A stretch of 64,000 nucleotides of DNA from Raillietiella orientalis (lineage: Eukaryota), in contig JAYWIR010000003.1 of the NCBI GenBank assembly GCA_036172245.1, forward strand, positions 6,386,001 through 6,450,000, read 5' to 3'. Under the pieces are notes generated by a model, which was not told the DNA's origin, searched no databases, and saw only the letters and a program-made list of their open reading frames with translations. Numbering within the stretch: position 1 is the stretch's first letter; every line of letters begins with the position of its first letter. Both the position numbers and the translations under genes were made by a program. Positions 1 through 14,104 of this stretch are shown piece after piece.

Positions 1-1088
1 ACTCCGTTCTTTCGAATGCAAGTCCACAGATGCTGGCCGATTAGGAACGGATTGTGGTGACCAGTAGACACAGGTAAAGCAAGAGCGCAATTCTCCAAGC
101 TGAGGATGGCGCAAAGAAATCGGCAAGCGGAAGTCGAGGGGAGATGCCATCGAGCAAACGACTCATTGAGATGAAGGCAGCTGCTCTTTGACAAAGACAA
201 GATCTCACGACGAAAACGGTTTCGAAAGATGTATTTCCGTGTGGCCTTACAGCGATGTCAAGTCTCTTGGAAACAAAAGAGCAGCTGTAATCTCCGACCA
301 GGCTCCAAGAAAACCGAGAAGGCTCAAGAGCTGCCGTAGGAAAATAATTCCGTGTGCTGCTTGAGAATCGTGAAAGGTAGAGCACGTGTGAAATTCAAAA
401 GACGGTCGATGCGATCACGAAGATCCAGCATTCATCTTAAATCGCCATCTCTTGACTCTAATCATGAATAAGAGCAAGGCAGAATATTGAAGAACTCAGC
501 TCTCATTTATCATCGCGAGTGCATGAACTCTGGCCCATGAGAGCGAAGGATCTCTTTATGATTCATCAATGACAGCGAAGTCATCCATCAAGCGCTTGCG
601 GATCGGCGAGAAAGGTGGAGGAAGCATCGAACGTGGGACGCCGAAGTGTTTTGGCTTCCAAAGTGTGGGATATGTAGGTTCGGGGAGTATATCCCTCCGA
701 GGAGTATGTGATCTTCAGGGATCTCGTTCGCTGAGGGGTTCTGCAGGGAATCAGTGTGTGATGTGTCAGGCTTACCTTGCCGTTTACAAGGGATGCGTTG
801 ACCCATTAGGCACAGTTTTCTGTTCACCACGCAAAAAAGTACTTAGGAATCGAGCAAGCAAAAAGATGGGGGATCCGTTTGCATCACTGCTCCATCGATT
901 TTCCAATAACGGAAGAAATGAATAATTTGATGCAGTCCGGAGACGTTTCGGCTCTAAGCTCACATGTTACGTGGGCTGCTGCCCTTTGTGCTTAGATTGC
1001 TGCTGCAATCAGCGAGCGCGAGAAAAGTCGGGCAAAAGAAAGAACAGGAAGAGAAACAGGTAGACGTTCATTTCTTTGTAAGCTCGTC

Positions 1089-1138
1089 GAGAGAAAGAGA
1101 GAGAGAGAGAGAAACAACAACAACAACAAAAAAAAAAA
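1089..1138. repeat. Compound (GA)n-(ACA)n-poly(A) microsatellite
   Basis: gagaaagagagagagagagagaaacaacaacaacaacaaaaaaaaaaa. Confidence 0.9.
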
Positions 1139-1857
1139 CCCTGATACAGTTAGCAGTAAAATGCACAGAAAGTTAATTCACTACACAACGAGCTGATTCA
1201 GGGACGTGAATGCAAATGAAGAAAATCACAAAGAGTGTAAGGTGGTTCCCTCCAGGATTTCATATGGGAGGCAGGGATGATACCCAACGGGGTAGATGCT
1301 GGCTGACGCTTAATGGGGTCCTGGAAACATCAGAAGCCTTTCTTTTCGATGCAGAGACGGCATTCAGAACGATGTCAGGATCGATTCCACTGAAAATGGT
1401 CGTCGCTTCTCGGGGAGCTCATAAGGCGTTTCGTGTTCGCTGTGCATGCGGAAGGTCCAGCGGATGTTCGTTATCTTGGCAACGAAAATCCTGCCTCTGC
1501 TAGGGAGAAAATCTCGTCCGCCTCCGGTGCGAGGTCCACGTAACCGCTGTACGGAATCTGCTGGAAGGCCTCTTCGCAGCTGCAAAAAAATCGCACTTCC
1601 TGGTCAGGACCACTGGTCATCATCACAGAGTTGCCATCTGCACAGCACACTATAGAGAGGCAAATTTCTCTTGCAAAAAAAATCTCTTACTCTGCGACCA
1701 ATTAAGTGAAAAGGCACTTCTGATAGAGAAGAATACGCCTGAATTTCCAGGCGCGGTCCCGAGAGGAGGTCTAAAGACAGCATCCGTAAAGACCCCGCAG
1801 AATGTAAATGTATTTGAACGTTCTAGAATAAATCCACAATTTTAAGTAATCATCTAC

Positions 1858-1892
1858 AATCGAAAAACCAGTGACATATTGGTTTTTCGATT
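1858..1892. repeat. Perfect 13-bp inverted repeat with 9-nt spacer
   Basis: AATCGAAAAACCA-gtgacatat-TGGTTTTTCGATT. Confidence 0.9.
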
Positions 1893-2040
1893 ATTTAGCA
1901 TTCTTTATAATTTATTCTTTGACTTGACTTTTGGAATGTCTAGGAGGTTACAACATGACTTTCCATTTTCCTGAAGGACAAAGAGGTGAACCTCACAGCT
2001 AAATTACCAGGAATTTTTTTTTGAAAACAGCAGTCTCTTA

Positions 2041-2695
2041 GTTTTAGAGTGTCTTAGAAGGAGCGTCATCCTCTAACTAAGACCGGAATGTTCCTAACCA
2101 AATATGTTCCTAGGGTGGGATCTAGCACCTCATCGCTCCTATTTAGTGGTGGGGGGGGGGAGGGTCCCATTTTCTGCCATTTTATTTCGATAAGTTTCCA
2201 TGTGCTTTCCATTTTAACTGAATGGCAGCTGCAGAAAAATAGAAAAGAACAGCCCAAGGCGTTTCACAACTGCGAGATGCATTTGAGCAATAATAAAGCA
2301 CACCATTTCAAACCATCAATCCTTGTAGATGATAAAAATCAAGGAGCGATAAGGACGCGCAGAGTCCTTAGGGAGGACCATAAATTTCGCCTTTCGATAA
2401 TGAAATATTTCCATCTGCAAAAAAAAGCTATAGGTGAAGCTGCGTCCGTTGGATTTGATGGAGAGAACGCTAGAATGCTTTCTCTGAAGAAGAATGAAAT
2501 TATTAATGCTAAACACGAGGATTCCAAGAACTATAAGGAAAACCAATCCGCACTTAAAGTTTCGTATTGAGAAATCAACAAGATCGACCAAAAAAACAAA
2601 CTACGGAAAAAAAGGAAATCCAATTAGCACGAAGGCATCGGGTCAGCGATGTTAACGCAGCAGTAGGCGAGGCCCCTCTAAGAAACCTCTAAAAC
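2041..2695. mobile_element. Small element with imperfect ~27-bp terminal inverted repeats (possible non-autonomous DNA transposon)
   Basis: GTTTTAGAGTGTCTTAGAAGGAGCGTC (2041-2067) versus GAGGCCCCTCTAAGAAACCTCTAAAAC (2669-2695); encloses A-rich ORF 2088-2570; no clear TSD. Confidence 0.4.
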
Positions 2696-3964
2696 ACGTG
2701 TTCCTCTCGTGAAATGTTCAGTAGTGCTGTTCACTATTCATCCACCTCCTGATGCCCTTCGTGGATGTGCCGACGCTGGATGGGTGCCGAATGTGACCTT
2801 CGTGGTGGGATGGGTCAGAGAGCTGGCCTCCTAAGAGACTACGTAGACAGATTCACTGTGTCAGGCTGGGGCGTGCGGGTGGTGACTGACAAGAGCAAGG
2901 CTGTCGATGACTCTTTATGGAGACGAATGGCACTTTCCGCCTGCGAGTTTCATCCCACTCTGTTCCGTTTGCGGAATGCTTGCACGCATTCATCTCCTCG
3001 GAGGTCCCTAAATCCTGGCATTGTGCTGCTGTCCACCACAGCATGCTGAGGCCTAATTCGAATCCATCGCATAGGCGGGAAATCGGACTGATGGCATATT
3101 CTTTTGGCTTTTCGAATTCTCACTCCACAGGACTGACAGGAATAACGGACAATCAATCGCTTCCGTGGGGAAGAAGCAGCAGCCGAGGCAGAGCTGACCC
3201 AGGAAAGACCTCTTGGTTCGGAGGACAATCCTTAGAGCCGGAAAGTTGATGTCCCAAGGCGCAGATCCGCATCCAAGAGCAGGATCCAGGAAAACTGCTC
3301 TCTCACCGGCATCTTGCCTTCTCAGTTGATGGTTCATTCTGCTGATTTCTCATCTCCGATGCAGTTATCCTTAGGGCAACATCGAAGGTTTGTGTCCCAT
3401 TGATGAGTTTTCCAGTAGGTTGGAGGGGAAATGGAAATCAGGAGAAGAAGAAAACGATCCGTTTCGTCATTCCAAATTCACTACGCTATCACTTCCGTTT
3501 CGCTACCATCAAAAGAAGGGATGCACAGATTCATCTGAACTTATGCCCGGTGCTAAGAAAAACGCTGCCGGGATGCAAAGATCTTCCGAAGCGAGGGTAT
3601 TTTTTCCGACCTGAGACATCGGAGAAACCCTTATGCTTAGTGCCGGGAAACGCTGAAGATCATTTCGAAATTCTGCAGGTTTTGAATGAGAGTTTCCACC
3701 CATGCATGGTGGCAGCTCGACCGATCTGCGCGCGGCTGCGAGAAGAGTTTCATTCATTGAGAAGCGTATTGGTGGAGATGGAGTCACGCGTGTCAATGAG
3801 TGATGCATGACGATGACTACGCACGTTTCAATGTGCGGTGAGATCCATCAAACGTGAAGAAAAAAAAAAACCATCCGGACTACGTCTTGCCAATCGGACC
3901 GCGTAAAGGAAATATATGTAACGTAAAGATTTGTTTACCCATCTCAGCACAGACCTCTGTTTAA

Positions 3965-4007
3965 AGAGAGAGAGAGAGAGGGAGGGAGAGGGAGAGAGAG
4001 AGAGAGA
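3965..4007. repeat. (GA)n/(GGGAGA)n purine microsatellite
   Basis: Read directly. Confidence 0.9.
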
Positions 4008-5077
4008 CGTAGTTGATTTTTCTCGTCTCACTCATGCCATAGACGTAAAAAGTTGATCGACCACATTTAGGTCAGCGAAAGCATGGTTTCCAGTCACGCA
4101 AGCGCGTCAAAGTGGAGTCTATCAGTGCATATGTTGAAGGACAGGATTATTTTATGGTCTGAATCTGGGCCGAGTGGTATATCCAATGTGACTCGAGGCA
4201 AGCCCGTTTGAAGTTCCGGTGCAGACCAGTGTGGATCGGGATGTCCTCGAGGCGCACCTATCGTAACTTTTCATGAAGAGGGATGCAAGCGATGTTCCCA
4301 TGCTCGTCCTGAAATGTGCATCAAGTACGTTCCCTTTTCATATGTTTGCCAACACGATCGTTATCCCCCGTTCCTCCGGGTTCCTGGCGGCAGGCGGGAG
4401 TCTCGTATTCGGACTCGACTCGAATTGAAAAGTGGCCGACGCTTCTGCGAAAGAAATCGGTGGCATGCTGAGGCTCGGGGGCTTGAGGTAGGCCTCGAAT
4501 AGGTTTCCGAATAGGCAGCTCGTCAGGGACCGCAGGCGCTTCCCAGTAACGGGAAGTGCATCAAGCGCCTCGCTGCTCGCACTAGAGTGGGCTTCGAGAA
4601 TAGCAGCGTCCTCTAAAGTTGATGTCCAGAATCCCGGTTCCGGGACTGCCTGGCAGAACTCGCTTGTGGGGTGCAAGCAGTCTGACACGGAGAGCTATCC
4701 GATTTCGTAGGGCGAATCAATCTGAGCGCATCGTTTCGTTCTCTTCCCGCGTCGCAGTAACCCAATGGATGCTCCGTACGAGCTTTTCGCGATCTCCCTT
4801 GCCCATTGTCTATCTGTAGCCAAGCCGACGAAACGATGTCCTGGGGAGGGATCCCAAGTCCAGCCACAGTATCATCGGGGCTGTGAACGTTTTTCCAGGA
4901 ACGTTTCGGGAGATGGGGGCATGCCCTAATGGAGGGAACCAAGGGTTGATCGCCTGGGAAAATAAGTTTGTTTTTTTTTTTTTTTTTTTTTTTACCCTCA
5001 ACTCCTGAAAACTTTTCCAAACTTTCCGTGCTTCTTCGGAAGGGAGGTCTGCCAGGTTTAAGTGAAAAATCAAACTT

Positions 5078-5081
5078 TTCT

Positions 5082-5119
<38 letters not shown>
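5078..5119. repeat. (TC)n microsatellite
   Basis: Read directly. Confidence 0.9.
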
Positions 5120-5121
<2 letters not shown>

Positions 5122-5872
5122 AGGACATGCCGTGCGAACAATTCACAGTGTCCTTTAGAGCAGCACAAGCATTTTCTGAGGTCCATACGCGGAAAAATCA
5201 GCTTTCATTCAAAGTCGTGTTTTCAGCATACTTTTCCGCGGCCGAAGACGTCTTGACACAGAGTCTGCCTCAAAGGAAGGTCATTTGTATTCACCGCTGT
5301 TGAGTCGGATTCGGGATAGTCCTGGCCGTGCTCGTGACTTCGCGCCGCTGGTGAAATCTGTGCATCTTTTGGATTCCTCATTGGTTTTCTCCCCTCTCTT
5401 CCTGGAGTGGGGGGCGAGAGGATCGAGCACGTTTTGGCAAGGTGAATCTCCAGGTTCCTGTACTTTCTACAAGGGAGAGGGCAGTTGGGCTCTTGCTTTT
5501 CTGGAAGCTCCGAAACCAAGGTATATGATTTTTCAGCTAACCATGGAAACAGGAAGATTAGAGAGCATGGGACCGGCAGATGCACTTCACGTTATGAGCA
5601 CCAGAAAAAGTCCCTATTACTCGTGAACGTGTCGTGCGCTTGGGGATTTGTTACACTCTTAAGCACTCTGCACACGCTAGGAGCCGTCATCATCGGATCC
5701 TGTAATTACGGTAATTAGATCTACGGGAGTGTGGATCGGAACAAGCCATCTGCCTGTAATTAGCACCCACTCGTACGACGGCTGCTGGCTTTATTCTTCT
5801 CTCCGTCTCGCATCCCCGTTCGTTCATTCTGCCGGGAGCAGTTTCCGAAATGAGATGGGCAGCACTCCGGCG

Positions 5873-5914
5873 CTGCTGCTGCTGCTGCTGCTGCAGCAGC
5901 AGCAGCAGCAGCAG
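5873..5914. repeat. (CTG)7(CAG)7 perfect 42-bp palindrome
   Basis: Read directly; translates as L7Q7 on both strands. Confidence 0.95.
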
Positions 5915-8900
5915 TTGGCGAAAGTGCTGCGAAAGCGAGGAAGAACGAACTCGGACCAGGAAGGACGAATCGCGTGCGAGGGGGCACTCCCACGGCAGGC
6001 GGACGTTCTCCAAGAACAAGAAAGTTCCCACTCCTTAGCTCCTTCCCAGACTCGGTCACGAAGGAAAACATTCTCCCGGAGAGGATCATTCCATCAGGGG
6101 AACAGATTATTACCAATGGTGGCGGTTGCGAGTAACGTTTCCAGCAACGAATCCACACTCGTTGCTGCCCGTACGAAATTCGTGCCTCGTCTGGAATGGA
6201 TCACGAGCTGCTGCAGGGAACCGAGGAGGTGCGGACAAAGATGGCTGGTTACCAGGCCGACCCGCGCGGGCTGTTTCCACGTTCCCGACAGCAGGAAGGC
6301 TCTCCCTTCGGATCGAAGACTGCATGGTGGCAACTTTTCGACGAGAGTTGCCTTCCGGAGGAAGCTGGTAATTGAAATCAAAAGGACAAAAGAAAGATGC
6401 AGAGTCACGCGTTTCGGAGCTTGTCCTCCTCTTAAGGGCTTTCGATCTTTCCTTCGAATTGATTTGCAGATTGCCTTGGAAAGGAGCGTTACGTGGTGAC
6501 TCCCAATCATTGATCCGCCCCTGATGATCCGTAAGGGGATATATGGCTTCAGCGCGAATGCAAATGCATACGCCTGCTGAAATGGAGATGCCAACATGCA
6601 CAGTGCTAAATGAGAAATCATGCTATCGCTCTGATACGTGGCCAGAATGTAGAAGGAAGCAGCGATTCCACGATCCGTCACATTTCTATCAAGTGGGTGC
6701 GTGAGGCGGTCTTATCGTCTTCGTGAAAGGGAAACAAAAAGGGATCTTAGCAGAGATGGACAAAAAGGGGACAAAACCGAAAGCGTTTTCGATTCGTTCT
6801 TCCGTGCGTCTTCCACGTTCTTAGCTGAAATCGAGTGCTGCTGCGATTCGTTCCGCCGCTTTTCTCTCGTTTTGACCGCTTCTTCTCAGCATCGTAATGA
6901 CCTTTCGGAAACCCTCAACGGGCACGACTCTTTCACACTAGGGATGCTGGATACTTGACCCCGATCTCCGAGCGTCCCGAATCAGCACTCTGGCACGTGA
7001 GCGATATCTTCATTCGTCCACTTTCATCAGCAAGGTGACTGGAAGTGAATTTCCTCCTTCGAATTCCAATGTACACAGAACGTTGCCATCAACACGGCCA
7101 TCAGTGTGGTAAGGAAGGCAATCTTCGACGGCGGACCCTCTCTTCGGGATAAACGGATCTGCGATTCTCGGCGTAAGAAACTGCGAATACTCCGCTTTTC
7201 CTGCGTCACAAAAAAATATAGTCCATCGGCTCACGTCGCTTCTTCTTTTTTTTTTTTTTTCATTTTCAAGGCATTCAGGGTACGCAGTTCGTCCTCGCTC
7301 CCCCGCCCCTTTTCTCCGATCCCCTCTCCATCCCCACCACAAGATCATCCATCCTTGCATCGGTTGCTTTCGTGCAAGCAGTGAGGAACTATGAACTCGG
7401 AATGGTGGCCAATCGATTGTGAAAACTGAGCCACGCCTCGATTCGCACGTGGACCCTTAAGGCATCTGCGATGGGGCATTTCCATTCCTTTTGTGGGGGA
7501 AATAGGGCTTTCGAATCGTAACCGAAGGTCGAGCAACAATCTTCCCTCTTGCCGAATCTTATTCCTTCTCATGAATCAGCACAAGTAGTGGGAAGTGAAG
7601 GGAAAGACATCTCAGGTGTTCAAACCACCGCTGATTGCTGCTACCTTATATCTTGTCCGACCCTGGGGCGCAGGTGGCAGAAACACCACGCGATGTGTTG
7701 AAAGAGAACCGATTTCCTGCCAGCAGCAAAATCCGAGGTGCACACATTCTGTGAGGTTCCATTGAGATGAATTTTCAGGAGTGAGCATTGAAGAGCGCTT
7801 AGAGATGAACATCGATGAAGATCAGATCCGTCAGCGCGTCTGCATCCCATGGGATTACCGAACAGCGGAAACACAAACACGCAAAGTTTGTAAGGTCCCG
7901 GTGGGTCGCTCCGCCGACACCCGCAGCATCCAGTACCGAAAACAACGAGATGGGACATTTTTTTTTCGAGACGACACGGACGGAAGGATTGTTCGTCATA
8001 ATTGCCACCGGAAAATCAGGAAGAGCAGAAGAAGACGGACGGAAGAAGCTTGAAAAATGTGTCGGGAAAGGTCAGGGTGCGCGGCTGGTGTTCAGGCTGG
8101 TAGAAACACGCGAAGATATCCGTACGGCTAATGAGATGAAGAAGTCGATACATAAATACTGTCTTATGAGCAAGAGAAACGGAAACATGGAGGTTTCTAG
8201 CAATCTATTACTAGCTGGAACCTACTACTTGCAAATATTTACTCAAAGTCGACTACACTGAAACACGAAGCAGATGGCTTCTATAAACAGTTCTTTTCTT
8301 AGATGATGAGTATCCTTGCGCAAGGCCTATTTGCATGGAAATGTGATTGCTTGAACTGAGAGCGTTCCATAAGAGTTCTTCGTGGAGGTTTTCCTAAGGC
8401 GTGCTGTCGTATGCATCCAAAACTGTTTAGAATTCACGGAATTTCCACCTTTTGGTAAGGTTGTAGAATTTGGGGTCGGCAACTAACCCCGCTGTATTCA
8501 CCTGGCTGCAGCATAGGAGGTCGATTTTCATCAGACTTACTTATTTACTCGGCGACTAAGTAACTGTAGATTTGGACTCGCTGATCTACGAACCATCTAT
8601 TCCGATTTTCGGTTTGAGCTGGCAGCGCCAGCCGCGACGAGGAGTTTCTCGATGATATACTCAAAAGCTTGAATTCTGGAATGAAACAATAATAATAATA
8701 ATAATATTTCAGCCGCCACTGCATACTTATTAGAGGAAACTTTTGGAAAAAATTCGACGGTCGGGTTCTTTGACAAAGCCTGGTAGAGTTCTTTAAAACA
8801 CTTTGGGCGGCGTTTCCTTGAAATCGCCGAGGTCATATGCCAAGGTTTTTTCAGAGGATCCAGAAATCTTAAATCATAGAGATGATTCCAGCAATGATTT

Positions 8901-11900
8901 CCCAGTCTCCGTTAATAAAAACTACGACCGGCTACCAAATGAGCGATTCATTAATGCTTATTGCTTTGACCCTTTGAGAGAGAGAGAATCGCGGATGATC
9001 CACTCACAGACTCCATCGCATCCTCAGCGTTTCATCTCGCACTCAAAACGCGTTGTGTGCTCATCGTAAGAAATGCACAGATCTGCTGCAAAAGCATCCT
9101 ATGTACGAGCAATTCAGGCATCTGCGCCCATCGTCCCTATCCATAATTTGTGTTTTGGTCCTCAATGGTGAATGAGTTTTTCAAGCAGAAACGGTTATGG
9201 TTCTTCAAAAAGGTCTTCTGGCGTAAATGAGCACCGTGAGGATTACTTCAGCTCTGGTCCAAGCCCTGGCAGAACACCTTGCAAAAGAGGGTGATTTAGG
9301 ATTCCTACGTCTCTTTTGCATCCGAAGCTGTCGTCTCAGTCAAAGAAGCGGCTGACCCCTGCCCCCCCCTTCCTCCCAATCAGTTCGGACGACATGCACC
9401 AAAATTTTTCCTTCCTCGGCTTCCCTTCCATTTTATTTTGAAAACACGCTGACCTCCAGGGCCGCAACGGAAGAGTGTTTGCGGTCCGAAAGACTATGAA
9501 AACACGAACACACTATGAAAAGAGATGAAAAGTGAGTGCAATGAGAACAAGTATTGCTGTGGCTCGAGTATTTTATTTTTATTTTTATTTTTTTCAAAAT
9601 CAACGAGCCCTGATGTAAAGAAACCAACATCGTACACGTTCTCAGGGGACAAATTCTCATCTAATTTCTGCCCACAGGGCAAAAATCACGACGGAAACTC
9701 ATTAAATGTCGGTCTGTTTCTTTCTCCGTGTGGACTTTGCACTTGACTGTATCTTTCCATGATCGAAGATTCCAAGCACGTGACTCCAGCCTTTTGAGAC
9801 TCTTCCTTACGCTCTCGGTGAAGTGATTTCCGGAGATGGCTGAGATGCTCTCACTGTGAACCGGGCGAGGTAAATTTCCGGCAGATTTGGGGGTTTCCCC
9901 CCAGTGGGGGCAACGGTGACGGAGTAGACCACGTCCAATGACTCAGAGAGGGTCTCGCTGTTCCTCAAATATCAGAATTTCTGGAAGCTGTTCTCAGCAC
10001 AGTGGTTACCGTTTCCTCGATGGGAAGATTGCTATTTTGTTAGGATCTTTGCCAAGAATGCAAAACACCCGGAAAGGAATTGCACTGAATTTCTGGAACG
10101 ACGCTATTCAATGGACTGCTTCGGTGCTGGCAGTCCTTCGTGGCTTCCTTCGAATAATAGCTGCAATTCTCCATGCCCTCGGCTGCTAGCAGGGGAACGG
10201 AACCTTGAAGAACTGTAGTAATTGGAAAGTCCCCAAAGGATTGAATCCTTTTATTCGTGTTGCCCATCGGGTCCACTCAGCAGCAGAGCGCTTGGCTCCT
10301 TGGACAAACGATAACGAATCATTCAGGAAAAGGGGCGAAGGAACAGAATCCTCGAATGACTTTTTTGAAAACCACGGCATCTGACTCTTTGCAGGGATTC
10401 CTTGTCTTTGTCGATGTTTCCTCCTCCGCAATGGAACGCAGCTTCACCAGAAATCGGGATTTGCCTCGTGGATGAGAGCAACAGCTGCCTCCATCTTCAT
10501 TTTTCGGCCATTCCATTTTACCTGTGAAGGCGTTGGTTCCAAGAACGTTGATCTCTTCCTGGTTGCGGCTGTGAGACTGGTAATCTGTGGTCCTGACTAC
10601 GAGGACAAGTTTACGAAAAGACCGGTGCGTCGTGGTTCGTTGCATCAGCGAGCCTTTGGCCACCAAGCTAAAAGTGCAGAAGGCGCATGGTGATGAGGAG
10701 GAGAGCGCCCCGTGATCATCCTCTTGCTCTTTGAGAACTGTTTGGGAGAAAAAGGGAAGGAGGATCGGCGGATCCACTAAAGAAAAGACATGGCAAAAGA
10801 AACTCACAGATGGGGTGTCGACCTGGTGGAGGCACCTAGGTGTTTCGTGGTTGATAGAACAGACTTCAGCTCCCAGCTACTTTCCAAAATAACGACGCTT
10901 TTACGTGCGGAAATATTTTTCGGGAGTGATAGGGAAGGGAAAGTCTTTTCTGAAGCAAAATAGAAATTCCCATCACCATCAGTTGGGCAATGAAAACACC
11001 GTCCACATCTTTGCCCTCGAACATTGGCGATAATGATAATCATTATCATCATTTTTTCTTCAAGATTCCACCAGCATCAGCGAAATCAGTTGGAAAAAGG
11101 TTCATCATTGCCTTGAATTGCAACTTTGTCTGAATCTCTTTGGGGGGGGGGGGGTCTCTCCAGCGTGTATGGCATTTCCAGTTCTGTGCATGAAAAGGTT
11201 GGAGGGTCCCCGAGCAGCATCCTCCTAGTGGAGTTTCCTACCAAGCGATCACGTTTGATCTTCTCACGGTTCGCAGCATCCTTCCAAAGTGGGACGTGTA
11301 GCTTTGTCAATTCATGAAAAGAGATGAGGATGTCACAGTGAGAGCCCTTTTCCTCTTCTTTCCCGGCAGATTCACCGAGATGATGGATGCTGGGTAGCTC
11401 CATTAACGCCGAGAATTCAATCCAATTTGCCATCACAATAACTGTCATTTCGCCGGACTTGACTGAAATTCTAGAAGCTACCAAGAGGCTTGAAGTAGTC
11501 TTCGAATCCTCAGAAGTCAAATCAGAAGATAAATAAGAAGGGTGCAATGCGAATTTCCACAAAACATTACTTCCAACACATCCCTGTTGAAGAATTTCTA
11601 GAATCCAAAGAAGATTGAAAGTTGGTCTGGCAGCACCGGTCGTTATCCTCTGATTTGCTGGAGGCGCTTCTGAACGGCAAAGCCAAATTCGTACGGTACT
11701 CAGGCCGGCTGGTACATGCTGATTTCGACTTTAGCCATCGGCCAATGAGTAGCAAACACTCTCCCAAAGAACCTGCGAATCACGCAGACCGGAAAAGCGT
11801 AAGCAATCGAGCGATCTCCAATGTCTCGCTCCTGGGATCTCTTAAAGAGAGAGTTTCCAGATTCCGGGTTTTAGGCTCCTGAGTAAAAGGTCTGGAGGAA

Positions 11901-14104
11901 ATTCAATCAGGAGATGAGGGAAAACCCACCCGTGACACACGAGAAATTTCACCAGCCGAACGTGGGTGCCAAATCTCAACCAAACAAGAAGGTTCGGGTA
12001 AACAGTTGGGAGTGGCTCAAGTCCAAAGCGCTTGCCAACTTTTGCAGGCAGATCAGTGTGACCCCTTCGAAGTGATTGTGATGTATGGAGCACACGAGCG
12101 ATGGGATCCAATGGAGACGCGTTAGCAACTCTTCGGAGCTCACGCCAACCGTGGCCCATCAGTGTGGGTGACATCGGTAGTCCACGAGCGCGTAGGCCAT
12201 GTCATCACCACTTCTGTTGAAGCATGCTTGACATTTCATTTCGTTGTAGGGAGGAGATGACCCATTTTGGGTTTTGGCTTTTTTTTTTTTTTTTATCCAA
12301 GTTGTTTTCGAGTCTGGCGACCATCTGAAACGATAAAAAATCTCTTAAGAGAATTTGCCTCTTCTGCGTAAGCTTGTTTCGAGCATCCGGTGTAAGTCAA
12401 GTCAGCGTACTTTATCTTGTATAATTCAGAATACCACCGATCAACAGGTGGATATCAGCTCGTACCTTCGTTCTTTCGACTCTTCAGCATTTGCTTCTTG
12501 TTGCGGTGAAACCTATCGAGGCGCCTTCGTAATCTACGCTGCAAGAACAGAGACGACCGTGCTCGAGACCCACCTTTGTCATCCGGACGTTAGATCTGAG
12601 AGGAGAGGGGGATCGAATCCGCGATCCCTCTTTTTCGGTTGTCTGAAGAAGCTTGGGGATGTGCGCAGTGGAGTCGGCATCCGAGCTTACGTTAGAACGG
12701 CACACCTCCAATCTGCAAGGCAGATCAGCCCGGGCTCTCCTCTAATGGAACCTCTTACACTAAGCATCAGTTCTGCATCTTCCCCGCGCGAAAAGGGCTG
12801 TGACTGGAAAGCGGGATCAGACCTGGCTGATGGAGCGGAAGACGCAGCTTATGCAACAGTATGGATTCTTCTGAAGGGAATAACTCGCGGCGAAAGGGGA
12901 AGGACGTCCGCCAGGGAACAGATCTGAAAAGGAATCGAATTAAGGGAGAGTTCAATCCTCGCTCCAGAGAAGGACCGAGACCCTTAAGAATCATCGCTTC
13001 CCATGAAGGGTGATCTGTCAGCAATTCATCAAGAAGCATGATCCCGCAGCTCATCAAATCAAAGGGACCGAGAGAGTGTCCAATCCCCTTTTGTCAGTGT
13101 CCAATCACTCTTTGGGTTTATCTCGTTCCACTCCTACGGAAGGATCAACTTCTCGTACAGGATGGCTTGGCGAGAAACAAAAGACGATCTGGAGCCAGAA
13201 AGCACGCAGAACTGGGGTCTCCATAGTCTTGCTGCAGATCCGCTTATGCCACGATACGCCTTTCCCGCCTCAGGCTATACTCCCAGCTGTTGTGGAGAAT
13301 GTTCCGAGTTTTAAGAACCGGCAGGGGATTGTAAGAGAAGAAGATTGCTGCTACTGCACCACTGAAGATGATCTGCAAACCAGGAAAAACTTCTAAAAAA
13401 CGAAATGAAAGGAAGATCGAGTACAGGTACGAGATCAAAGATGAAAAGATGCGCCAATACGCTAGTCCGATCGAGATTACAAGAGGGCCGCCGCATTTTC
13501 TGACACAGGTGGCGATGCTATCCATGCTACCATGGCAACCTCACTATCAGAAGAGTGAAGAGTGAGTTGCCCTGCGGACGCGCATCACGGGCAAAGCGTG
13601 CGTCGCGTGATGAGAAAATCAGAGCCGCGGTGACACAATTCCTGAATTTTCCCCGCTGAGTCAGTAAACCAATACTTGTATGAGAGCGTAACAAGGGATG
13701 CCCAGCACTGAACAGACCTGCAGAGGATGCTGATGTGTTTGTAATATACAGCTGCTTCAGGCTCATAATATCTACCGACCCATTCTTCTGTGAGCTCCCC
13801 CGTATAACCTTGAGGGAAATAGTAAGGAGAAGAATCCTCGCACCACCCACGGATGATGAGGTGGGACAAATCTCATCACCCGCCTGATGAGCTCTCATGC
13901 AGAGGTGGGAGCGAGGTGGCAGTCGAGAGGAAGAGAGGGGGTAATGATGAGCGAAGCAAGGAGCAAAACTTGCACGAGCTCTCGCATTCTGTGATTTTCT
14001 GCGCCCCACGCTGGAATATCCTGGAAGAGGAAACAGGAATAAAGATAACATGCAGAAGTGCTGTTTAGAACCAGAGAGTCGCGTTTCAGATGCTGCTCTT
14101 GGGA

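Noticed and set aside
5729..6681. Long overlapping ORFs (256 aa +, 195 aa -)
   Set aside because: No recognisable domain or exon-like boundaries; partly low complexity.
13884..13935. CTGATGA followed by a 7-bp stem (hammerhead-like)
   Set aside because: GAGG replaces the required GAAA and stem I cannot form.
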